A stretch of DNA of 43,558 nt from an uncultured Candidatus Saccharibacteria bacterium (lineage in GTDB: Bacteria; Patescibacteriota; Minisyncoccia; Phycocordibacterales; Phycocordibacteraceae), in NCBI GenBank assembly GCA_964395025.1, contig CAYMZP010000003.1, forward strand, positions 1 through 43,558, given 5' to 3'. Under the pieces are notes generated by a model. It saw nothing but the letters and a program-made list of their open reading frames with translations, did not search any database and had not been told where the DNA came from. Made by a program: the position numbers and the translations under genes. Positions 1 through 7,036 of the stretch are shown here, one piece after another (the first letter of the stretch is position 1; each line of letters opens with the position of its first letter).

Positions 1-275
1 ACAAACGCGAGACCGCATCCTGCAATTAGGAGAAACGCTGAATATCCTGTTGCGAGCGTGCGTGCACTTCCCGTAAATACATACCGACGAGAAATGAGAA
101 AGTTGCAAGACACCGCAATAAGGAATGCCACCCCCGCAGCCACCACATGGTGGATGTGAAGGACGTCAATGAAAATAAAGAGGAGGAGGAGGTCAAAAAG
201 AAAGGTGGAGACGCCAACACCCGCATACTTAGTGAACCGTTTTGCGCCCCGTACATCAATGTGTGGTGTGTTCAT
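1..275 (-). CDS. GtrA-family membrane protein (N-terminal part; gene runs off the left edge)
   Basis: Absent from the ORF track because no stop lies in the window. The minus-strand ATG at 275 opens a stop-free frame to position 1: MNTPHIDVRGAKRFTKYAGVGVSTFLFDLLLLFIFIDVLHIHHVVAAGVAFLIAVSCNFLISRRYVFTGSARTL... This matches the GtrA-like pattern (KF..VG, TM helices, NF.isR.yVF). An ATGA start/stop overlap links it to the upstream holA-like gene. Confidence 0.7.
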   Translation of the reverse strand, partial: MNTPHIDVRGAKRFTKYAGVGVSTFLFDLLLLFIFIDVLHIHHVVAAGVAFLIAVSCNFLISRRYVFTGSARTLATGYSAFLLIAGCGLAF

Positions 276-907
276 GAAAGAGTGAGTGCGAAGCGCTCAA
301 GTGCCTCTTTAAGGGGAAGTTTTCCTGTTCTTGAGGAAGAAAGGAGTTCAATAAGTTCACGTGAAAGAATCCTACCTCGCATACTTCCCTTCTGCATAAG
401 TTCTCGTGCTTTCCAATGTAAGAGACCGTGCAACATTTCAGGAGCATCGCCGGCGCGAAATGCTTTCGTGAGTTCAGTCCAAAGTAGGACACTCTTCCCT
501 GAAGAGAGTGCGTTAGTGAGTCCGGCATTAAACCCTTTTGCAGTCTTTTCACTTTTCTGAAGTGAAAACGTTTTCACTGCCTTGGCTTCTATTTTTTTAG
601 CGTGTGCAGAGTGGATACTAGGAGCAAGAATGGCAATGGGGTTTGGAGACTCGGCAAGCATTTCAAGGTGAGAAAACAATGTTTCTCCCGTGTCTTTTTT
701 TGCAAAGGGGTCATCTATAAGTGCGAGTGTTTTACTAAAAAAGAGTCCTTGCGTTCCTGCAATTGAAATCAAATTTGCATCACGTATTTCGTCTACCCCA
801 AGACGCACATAGCTTGCGTCTGGTGCCTTAAGGCGCGTAGCGGAAACCCACGCAAATGCTTTAGCGCGAATCTTCTCGGTGTCCGAGCCGTAAAAAAAGT
901 AAATCAC
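272..907 (-). CDS. holA: DNA polymerase III delta subunit-like protein (short form)
   Basis: ORF track 272..922. The N-terminus IYFFYGSDTEKIRAKAF..., then LFFSKTLALIDDPF, and the helical C-terminal half resemble HolA domains I-II. I prefer the GTG at 907 because TACAAT lies 6 nt upstream; the GTG at 922 is the alternative. About 211 aa, shorter than typical HolA. Confidence 0.6.
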   Translation of the reverse strand: MIYFFYGSDTEKIRAKAFAWVSATRLKAPDASYVRLGVDEIRDANLISIAGTQGLFFSKTLALIDDPFAKKDTGETLFSHLEMLAESPNPIAILAPSIHSAHAKKIEAKAVKTFSLQKSEKTAKGFNAGLTNALSSGKSVLLWTELTKAFRAGDAPEMLHGLLHWKARELMQKGSMRGRILSRELIELLSSSRTGKLPLKEALERFALTLS

Positions 908-920
908 TCCCCTATTGTAC

Positions 921-957
921 ACAAACAGGGCGCACTACATAGAAAAGTAGCGCGCCC
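921..957 (-). terminator. Hairpin downstream of the small membrane-protein pair
   Basis: gggcgcactac (928-938) pairs with gtagcgcgccc (947-957): 11 bp with 1 mismatch. On the minus strand it is followed by tgtttgt. Only a partial T tract. Confidence 0.4.
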
Positions 958-979
958 CGAATTTGTTCGCTCCCCTCTT

Positions 980-1135
980 TTAGAAGAGCGGGCCCATGCA
1001 GAGGGCCAGACCGACGAAGAGGATGAGCGCGCCGACTGCAAGCCTCACGGCAAGCAGGCCGGCGACGGTCCCCATGCTGTTCTCGACGTCTTTTTCGGCG
1101 ATGACGACGGAGTCCGTCATAAAATCGTCGTTCAT
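980..1135 (-). CDS. Small membrane protein (51 aa)
   Basis: Internal Met of ORF 980..1219: MNDDFMTDSVVIAEKDVENSMGTVAGLLAVRLAVGALILFVGLALCMGPLF. An acidic head is followed by one TM helix. The start overlaps the stop of the upstream micro-ORF in an ATGA. Confidence 0.5.
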   Translation of the reverse strand: MNDDFMTDSVVIAEKDVENSMGTVAGLLAVRLAVGALILFVGLALCMGPLF

Positions 1136-1287
1136 TGGCTTTCTCCACCAAAAATTGCAGGAATCAGCACAAACCAGAACGTATACCCGAAGACAATTAG
1201 GATGAGGAGAAGTACCCAAGGTGGATATTTCTCTTCCCCGTCGTCGTCCGGGTCTTCTGGTGGCTTATCCCAAGGTCCTATGTTCAT
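1132..1287 (-). CDS. Small membrane protein (51 aa)
   Basis: Below the ORF-track size cutoff, hand translated: MNIGPWDKPPEDPDDDGEEKYPPWVLLLILIVFGYTFWFVLIPAIFGGESQ. AAGGAG lies upstream of the ATG at 1287. An acidic head is followed by one TM helix. ATGA coupling to the next ORF. Confidence 0.5.
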   Translation of the reverse strand: MNIGPWDKPPEDPDDDGEEKYPPWVLLLILIVFGYTFWFVLIPAIFGGESQ

Positions 1288-1341
1288 GGCCAAGTCTCCT
1301 TAGCCCGAAGCGCCTGCTTCGTACAAGCATTTTCACACGTT

Positions 1342-3720
1342 TTAGAAACTTTGCAAGTCTGCCCAATTCTCCCCCACTTTTGCTTCAGTCAAAATAGGTA
1401 CATGGTTTCGCTCCTCTTCTCCCACTACCGATTCCATAATTTCTTTAATCTTTGGCGCTAGTTCCTTCAAATGTTCCGTGCGCACTTCGTATACAAGCTC
1501 GTCATGTATCTGTAGGAGTAGGTATGCGTCTTCTGCGCGCCCTTCTTTTTTCAACAGCGCATCAATACGTACCATGGCGAGCTTTATGATGTCTGCCTGT
1601 GTGCCCTGTATGGGTGCATTGATGGCGGTGCGCTCTGCCTGCGCACGCACATACGGAAGTGGTGACTTCATTTCGGGGAACTGACGACGACGTCCATAGA
1701 GTGTTTCCGTGAAGCCGTTTTTACGTGCAAAGCCCTTTGTTTCCTCCAAGTATTCTGCCAAGCGCTTAAAGGTACGGAAGTAGTCGTCCATAAACTGATG
1801 CGCTTCGGCAATAGAGGTCCCAAGTTGAGCTTTAAGTGCATTTACACCCATGCCATAGAGAATGCCGAAGTTTATGATTTTTGCGCGACGACGCATTTCT
1901 GCATCAACGTTTTCTGGAGCAACCGCAAACACGCGCGCTGCTACCTCGCGATGCACATCTCTCCCACTCTTAAAGATGTTACAGAGCACTTCGTCTCCTG
2001 AAAGAAATGCCGCGATGCGTAGTTCAATCTGCGAGTAGTCAAGCGCGAGAAGCGTAAACCCGTTGCTTGCGGTAAACGCACGACGTATGGCACGTCCACG
2101 CTCGGTGCGTATAGGAATGTTTTGAAGGTTGGGGTCCTGACTTGCCATACGGCCGGTGGTCGTACCCATTTGCAAGAACGTTGCGTGAAGTCGTGAGTCG
2201 CTATCTAGGAGTGGTGGAATGGCATCCAAGTAGGTACCGAGTAGTTTTTGTATTTGACGATATTCCAAAATATCACTCACGATTGGATGTGCGTCTTTAA
2301 TTTTCTCAAGTTCACTTTCTTTTGTAGAGCGCTGTCCCCCCGCAGTCTTTTTTGCGCTCGGCACCTTAAGACCGAGCGTGTCAAAAAGCACTTCACCAAG
2401 CTGTTTTGGAGAACTCACATTAAACGTCTTCCCCGCCGTTTCGTATATGCGCGCTTCTATGAGAGAGAGTTCTGTGAGGTACGTTTTTGAAAGTGTGCTT
2501 AGTGTGTTTTTATCAACGGTAATTCCTCTCTCCCGCATTGCGTTTGCAATCGCGATAAGCGGACGCTCTATTTCCTCATACACAAAACTGAGGCGTCCTG
2601 TTTTTTGTAGCTTGTTCGTAAGTTCTGTATGCGCCTCATGTATTGTTTCGGTCTTTGTAAACGCAAGAATGTCTTCCCGTTCGGGATTAGTAAAATCCGA
2701 ATGCAAAAGCCAGAGCATGAGGCGTGCTTCTTCAAGTTCTTTTGGGTCTACGTTTTCTGTAGAGACCTCTTCAGTTTCTTCTTCGTCTCCTCCACCGAAC
2801 ACTGCTGTGGCGCGGTTTCTAAGTGAGCGAAAACCGTATTCGTCAAAGAGTGAAAGTATCGGCGGAAGCTTTGCCGTATCAATAAATACGTTGCGTGGAA
2901 GCGAAAAAGCAATAGGTGCATCAGTACGAATGGTGGCAAGCATTTTTGAAAACCGTGCATCCTCTTCATGCTCTTTGAGGAGCCCAATGATGCGCGGTTT
3001 TATTCCTGCAGAAAGAAATGGTTCTTCGCTCTTTTTCAGCGTCTTATACAAGTTTTCTATGGAACCAAAGGTGGTGATGAGCGTTGTGGCGGTTTTCTCC
3101 CCAATGCCGGGCACACCTTTTATGTTGTCAGACGGGTCTCCGCGAAGCCCTTTGTAGTCAGGGATGAGTTTAGGGCTGAAACCAAAGCGTGCTTCTACTG
3201 CTTTCTCGTCATACAAAATGGTGTCGTTCAGTCCTTTTTTCAGCGTATATACTTTCACGCTCTCACCCTCTATGAGCTGAAGCGTGTCCATGTCGCCAGA
3301 CGCAATAATTACTTCCACACTCTTGTCTTTTACATACATGGACGCGATGGTTCCTAAAATGTCGTCTGCCTCAAATCCTTCTCGCTCATATATAGGAATG
3401 CCAAACGCAGAAAAGACGTCGCGAGAAGTGGTGAGCTGTGCAGAAAGTGCGTCGTCCGTTTTGGTGCGTGTTGCTTTGTAGTCTGCGTATGCTTCGTGAC
3501 GCACGGTCGGTTTTGGGAGGTCGTAACACGCTACAAGATAGTCAGGACGAAGGTCGGTAATGATGCGAAGCAACATTGCCGAAAGGCCGTAGAGCGCACC
3601 GGCAGGAGCCCCCGAGGGGGACGTAAGTTCTGGAAGCGCGTGGTATGCACGATGAATAATGGCGTGTGCATCCAAAAGTACGAGTCGGCGCGCGTCGGCG
3701 GTTTCTGTTTTCTTAGCCAT
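1342..3720 (-). CDS. polA: DNA polymerase I (5-prime nuclease plus polymerase domains; 3-prime-5-prime exonuclease domain apparently missing)
   Basis: ORF 1342..3732; probable ATG at 3720 (MAKKTETADARRLVLLDAHAIIHRAYHAL). 5-prime nuclease motifs: GFEADDILGT, GDMDTLQL, GVPGIGEKTA. Pol A motifs: LLALDYSQIELRI, RRRAKIINFGILYGMG, QIHDELVYE. Confidence 0.95.
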   Translation of the reverse strand: MAKKTETADARRLVLLDAHAIIHRAYHALPELTSPSGAPAGALYGLSAMLLRIITDLRPDYLVACYDLPKPTVRHEAYADYKATRTKTDDALSAQLTTSRDVFSAFGIPIYEREGFEADDILGTIASMYVKDKSVEVIIASGDMDTLQLIEGESVKVYTLKKGLNDTILYDEKAVEARFGFSPKLIPDYKGLRGDPSDNIKGVPGIGEKTATTLITTFGSIENLYKTLKKSEEPFLSAGIKPRIIGLLKEHEEDARFSKMLATIRTDAPIAFSLPRNVFIDTAKLPPILSLFDEYGFRSLRNRATAVFGGGDEEETEEVSTENVDPKELEEARLMLWLLHSDFTNPEREDILAFTKTETIHEAHTELTNKLQKTGRLSFVYEEIERPLIAIANAMRERGITVDKNTLSTLSKTYLTELSLIEARIYETAGKTFNVSSPKQLGEVLFDTLGLKVPSAKKTAGGQRSTKESELEKIKDAHPIVSDILEYRQIQKLLGTYLDAIPPLLDSDSRLHATFLQMGTTTGRMASQDPNLQNIPIRTERGRAIRRAFTASNGFTLLALDYSQIELRIAAFLSGDEVLCNIFKSGRDVHREVAARVFAVAPENVDAEMRRRAKIINFGILYGMGVNALKAQLGTSIAEAHQFMDDYFRTFKRLAEYLEETKGFARKNGFTETLYGRRRQFPEMKSPLPYVRAQAERTAINAPIQGTQADIIKLAMVRIDALLKKEGRAEDAYLLLQIHDELVYEVRTEHLKELAPKIKEIMESVVGEEERNHVPILTEAKVGENWADLQSF

Positions 3721-4159
3721 GGTGTGTTTCAAACGCTATGCGACGCACTCCTTCATTTTCTACAGTAATACTAATTTTTACTGAGGGCACATGAAGCATG
3801 CCCTTCACCTGTTCAGGCCACTCTAAAACTACAAGTGTGTCCGGGTCGCTCATAAGCTCATCAAACCCGAGCGATGCAAGTTCGCTCTCGTCTTTCAAAC
3901 GGTATGCGTCTATGTGCGCAAGACGTTTAAACGGCTGTCCTTTGGGGAGCGCGTATATTTTTTCTAGTACGAATGTTGGGCTCGTGACTTCCACTTCCAC
4001 ACCAAGCGCTTTTGCGAGTGCCTTTGTAAAAGCGGTCTTCCCTGCACCAAGCTCACCAGAAAGGGTTACGAGAGTGGCATAGCGAGATGGCGCGAGCGTT
4101 TTTGCAAAACGTTCCGCTTCTTCTTCAAGTAGAGAAAGTGTCGGGAGAAGTTTTTCCAT
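3713..4159 (-). CDS. tsaE: tRNA threonylcarbamoyladenosine biosynthesis protein TsaE
   Basis: ORF 3713..4210. The internal start MEKLLPTLSLLEEE is preceded by TACAAT+6 nt. P-loop LSGELGAGKTAFTKALAKALG and the SPTF motif are typical of TsaE/YjeE. Its end overlaps the polA start. Confidence 0.85.
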   Translation of the reverse strand: MEKLLPTLSLLEEEAERFAKTLAPSRYATLVTLSGELGAGKTAFTKALAKALGVEVEVTSPTFVLEKIYALPKGQPFKRLAHIDAYRLKDESELASLGFDELMSDPDTLVVLEWPEQVKGMLHVPSVKISITVENEGVRRIAFETHHG

Positions 4160-4180
4160 CCCCCTATTGTACCAATGTAT

Positions 4181-4217
4181 AAAAAAGAAGAGCCCCAAGC
4201 GTGCAAGCACGCTTGGG
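4181..4217 (-). terminator. Intrinsic terminator after the GC-rich gene
   Basis: cccaagcgtgc (4194-4204) pairs with gcacgcttggg (4207-4217). On the minus strand it is followed by a T run (plus-strand aaaaaa at 4181-4186). Confidence 0.7.
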
Positions 4218-4240
4218 AACTCCTTTGTGGACCGTCCCTG

Positions 4241-4798
4241 CTAGCAGGGGAAGGTCCGGCCGGTCCGGCCGTCGCGGCAGATCTGCCCCACAGGGATTGC
4301 GGGGCCGACGGGCTGCGGACGGTAGGTTGCCGAAGGCGGACGACGCGAATCGTCCATCCCTTCGATGCCGTCGATGATCAGCGCGGCGCCCATCAGAACC
4401 TTCGCGAGGTCTGAGGTACCACGCTGGATCGGGGGATACCCGCCACCACCGTAGACCGGTGCCGGAACCGGAACACCGACAGGCCTCCCGAAGGTCAGAC
4501 GATAGCCTTGGTGGGCCGCCGCCTGCTGGCAGGTGTCCCCGTCCGCCGCGTAACCGCGGGCGAAGGGGCAGGTTCCGTACCCACGAGGATCCGGACCACT
4601 GTAGGGATAGTCCCGCAGAGGCGCGATAGTCAGCGCCGTCGGGGGTTGCCCGCCGAAGCCGTACGACGCCAGAGACGGGCCAGCCGACTCCGTGGCCGAG
4701 CAACCGTACCCTTTCGGGCACGAGTCCTGCGAGTCCTGCGCGAACGCAGGGCCGGCGAAGGCGAAGGCGGCAACAATAGAAACAACAAGCGATTTCAT
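4241..4798 (-). CDS. Secreted Gly/Pro/Tyr-rich hypothetical protein, compositionally foreign (high GC)
   Basis: ORF 4241..4867. The internal start MKSLVVSIVAAFAFAGPAFAQ is a signal peptide, with a GAAAGGA Shine-Dalgarno sequence upstream. Third codon positions are mostly G/C, unlike the neighbouring genes. It has its own promoter and terminator. Several other long ORFs overlap it in other frames, as expected for high-GC DNA. Confidence 0.6.
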   Translation of the reverse strand: MKSLVVSIVAAFAFAGPAFAQDSQDSCPKGYGCSATESAGPSLASYGFGGQPPTALTIAPLRDYPYSGPDPRGYGTCPFARGYAADGDTCQQAAAHQGYRLTFGRPVGVPVPAPVYGGGGYPPIQRGTSDLAKVLMGAALIIDGIEGMDDSRRPPSATYRPQPVGPAIPVGQICRDGRTGRTFPC

Positions 4799-4855
4799 CT
4801 GGGGTCCTTTCGTGACCTCTGATATAGGTACGACCACCGTACCTTTCGCTCTTAT

Positions 4856-4884
4856 ATAATACACCATTAAAAGTGCCTTGTCAA
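4856..4884 (-). promoter_or_regulatory. Near-consensus sigma70-type promoter for the GC-rich gene
   Basis: On the minus strand: TTGACA (plus 4879-4884), a 17 nt spacer, then TATTAT (plus 4856-4861). A roughly 55 nt leader follows, containing the hairpin aggtacg/cgtacct. The -35 lies inside the palindrome ccttgtcaagg. Confidence 0.6.
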
Positions 4885-4957
4885 GGTCGCTAACGGCTCG
4901 TACCTAAGCCCTGTTTTGGCGACCTGGTTCTGTACGCAGGTGGTATCATGTGTCCAC

Positions 4958-6643
4958 ATGAGCGACACAGGAGACGGCCACACACACTTTGATACAAAGG
5001 CGGAAGACGAAAAGCTGGCGCTTCTGCGCGAGAAAGAGCAGGAAGACTTGGCAGAAGTGCTCGCCGAAAAGAACGGCCTTCCCTACACCGACCTCACCGT
5101 GGTGCCAGTAGCAATGGACGCGCTTCGTCTTATTACAGAAGCAGATGCACGTGAGGCGCGCGTAATTGCTTTTGAAAAAAACGGAAAGAAAGTGTCTGTG
5201 GCTATTACCAATCCCGATACGCCAGCACTTCTAAAGGTACTGCAAGACTTAGAGAATCAGGGCCTTACCCTCTCTCGCTACTTTGTTTCGGAACGCTCCA
5301 TTGAAAAAGCGCTCACTCGGTACAAAGACCTCTCTCTCGCACAAGTCTCTTCCGCTGGGGTGTTTAGTGTTTCTGCAGATGAGTTTTCCGAGCTTCAGTC
5401 ACAGGTGGCAGACCTCCCTTCCCTTCAAGCACACCTTTCCGAAATGATTTCTGCAAAGAGCGGGCGTATTTCGCGCCTCCTTGAAGAAGTCCTTGCAAGT
5501 GCGTTCTCCATGAAAGCATCTGACATACATATTGAGCCTGAGGAAGAGGCAATCCGTATGCGTTTTCGTATTGACGGACTCCTCGCAGATGCGTTTTCTT
5601 TTGACGCAAAAACATACCGCACACTTTTGTCTCGCATAAAGCTCCTTTCGGGAGTGAAGTTAAATGTTTCAAACCGTGCACAAGACGGCCGTTTCTCTGT
5701 GGCGATTGGTGAAAACGAAGTAGAAATACGTACTTCCATCATTCCCGGAAATTATGGCGAGTCAGTAGTACTTCGTATTCTTGATCCGCGCGGTATTGAG
5801 CGCACGCTTGAAGACTCTGGAGTCAACACAAAACTCCTTGCGCGTCTGCGTGGAGAAATAAAAAAGCCAAACGGCATGCTCCTTACCACCGGTCCCACCG
5901 GAAGCGGTAAAACCACGACACTCTATTCGTTTATGAAAGAGATGTACTCTCCTGACCTAAAAATTGTGACCATTGAAGACCCGATTGAGTATCACTTGGC
6001 TGGTATCGTACAGACACAAACAAACGGCAAGGACTATACCTTTGCTTCTGGTCTTCGCTCTGTGCTTCGCCAAGACCCTGACGTCATCATGGTGGGAGAA
6101 ATACGAGACGCAGAAGTAGCGCAAACCGCAGTACAAGCCGCACTCACTGGACACTTTGTTTTCTCCACGCTCCATACAAATAATGCTGCAGGAACATTCC
6201 CTCGCCTTATTGACCTTGGTATTGACCCGAAACTTTTTGCTTCTGCAGTAACTGTAGCTATGGCTCAACGTTTAGTCCGCACGCTCGATGAAAAAACGAA
6301 AAAGGCGCGCCCTGCAACAGAAGAAGAAAAGAAAATGATGGAAGCGGTACTTTCTACGCTCACCGACAAAAGTTTGCTCCCCGCTTCACTAGATACGGTG
6401 TATGACGCGGTGCCGAACGAAGCAACAGGAGAAACAGGATACAAGGGCCGTACTGGTGTACACGAAGCCATTTTCATGGACGACGAGCTCGGAGAATTTC
6501 TACGAAACAATCCTGCGGAAGGAGATATTGCAAAACATGTACTTCGTCAGGGTTTCCCTACCATGGCACAGGACGCAGTGTTAAAAGTACTGAAAGGAGA
6601 AACGACATTGGAGGAAATTGCACGCGTGGTAGAGCTCCCTTGA
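4958..6643 (+). CDS. pilB: Type IV pilus / type II secretion family ATPase (PilB/GspE)
   Basis: ORF 4916..6643; ATG at 4958 (MSDTGDG). N-terminal GSPII_E-like domain. Walker A GPTGSGKTTT, Asp box, Walker B DPDVIMVGEIRD, His box TGHFVFSTLHTN. No cysteines at all, so the usual tetracysteine motif is absent. Confidence 0.9.
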   Translation: MSDTGDGHTHFDTKAEDEKLALLREKEQEDLAEVLAEKNGLPYTDLTVVPVAMDALRLITEADAREARVIAFEKNGKKVSVAITNPDTPALLKVLQDLENQGLTLSRYFVSERSIEKALTRYKDLSLAQVSSAGVFSVSADEFSELQSQVADLPSLQAHLSEMISAKSGRISRLLEEVLASAFSMKASDIHIEPEEEAIRMRFRIDGLLADAFSFDAKTYRTLLSRIKLLSGVKLNVSNRAQDGRFSVAIGENEVEIRTSIIPGNYGESVVLRILDPRGIERTLEDSGVNTKLLARLRGEIKKPNGMLLTTGPTGSGKTTTLYSFMKEMYSPDLKIVTIEDPIEYHLAGIVQTQTNGKDYTFASGLRSVLRQDPDVIMVGEIRDAEVAQTAVQAALTGHFVFSTLHTNNAAGTFPRLIDLGIDPKLFASAVTVAMAQRLVRTLDEKTKKARPATEEEKKMMEAVLSTLTDKSLLPASLDTVYDAVPNEATGETGYKGRTGVHEAIFMDDELGEFLRNNPAEGDIAKHVLRQGFPTMAQDAVLKVLKGETTLEEIARVVELP

Positions 6644-6650
6644 GACACGT

Positions 6651-6689
6651 AAAACAAAACACGCTCTCATGCAGAGCGTGTTTTGTTTC
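6651..6689. terminator. Bidirectional-looking intrinsic terminator
   Basis: aaacaaaacacgctct / agagcgtgttttgttt is a 16 bp stem with loop catgc. It is flanked by an A run upstream and a T-rich run downstream, so it could terminate either strand. Confidence 0.75.
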
Positions 6690-6693
6690 GCAC

Positions 6694-6960
6694 ACAGAAC
6701 CCTCCAGGCACTCCATTCATAAAATGAATGGTGGACGAAATGCCTGAGGAGAGGACCAGCGCTCCGCAAACGAGTGCGGTACCAGTACCATCCTTGGGAA
6801 GACGCCCTAAGCCGTCAGACCTTGCCTAGAGGGTTCTACGTACGAAATGTTCGCTCGGCATGTTCCCTTGAAAGACCGCTCCGGGGCGCTTGCCCAAGTC
6901 TTAGTCTTCCAAGGGAACATGCCTCACTTTGGGGAGGTAAATAAAAACAGCCCTCCAAAG
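6694..6960. ncRNA. Candidate structured non-coding RNA, class unknown
   Basis: The 350 nt gap has no convincing ORF. A long-range helix pairs 6696-6710 (agaaccctccaggca) with 6823-6837 (tgcctagagggttct), 15 positions with 1 mismatch. It encloses the hairpins ccattcat/atgaatgg, ccgca/tgcgg and ggtac/gtacc. A second domain has a perfect 14 bp stem, 6857-6870 (ggcatgttcccttg) with 6910-6923 (caagggaacatgcc). A third hairpin is ctttgg.gagg/ccctccaaag at 6927-6960. Confidence 0.4.
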
Positions 6961-7036
6961 TACGTTCGGAAGGGCCTTTCCCTTACCTCACCTGCGATAA
7001 ACGCGGTATAATTAGACAGTAGCATATCACTGTTTT

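Noticed and set aside
26-560. Track ORFs 26..259 (-), 147..560 (+) and 256..552 (-).
   Set aside because: They overlap better-supported frames: the GtrA-like frame (1-275, with family-typical sequence and ATGA coupling) and the holA-like gene. Their translations are low complexity with no motifs.
2378-3157. 259 aa ORF antisense to polA, and similar antisense ORFs (32763..33476, 37652..38368, 38411..39067, 24556..25149, 27211..27810, 16607..17107).
   Set aside because: Each lies entirely within a confidently identified or better-supported gene on the other strand. All are Ser/Arg/low-complexity rich with no recognisable motifs. They are typical shadow ORFs.
4164-4822. Alternative long ORFs in the GC-rich island (4164..4721 -, 4175..4414 +, 4508..4822 +).
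   Set aside because: High-GC DNA produces long open frames in several phases. Only the 4241..4798 frame has a signal peptide, Shine-Dalgarno sequence, promoter and terminator. The others are Arg/Gly/Pro-rich nonsense-like sequence.
6735-6765. gaggagaggaccagcgctcc looked like the RNase P RNA CR-I block (GAGGAAAGUCCGGGCUCC), and cacagaaccc like CR-V.
   Set aside because: The order is inverted (the CR-V-like element precedes the CR-I-like one). The cagaaccctc element clearly pairs with gagggttctacg instead. The other universally conserved blocks (AGGGUGAAA, GGUAAGAGC) are absent. I kept it only as an unclassified structured RNA.
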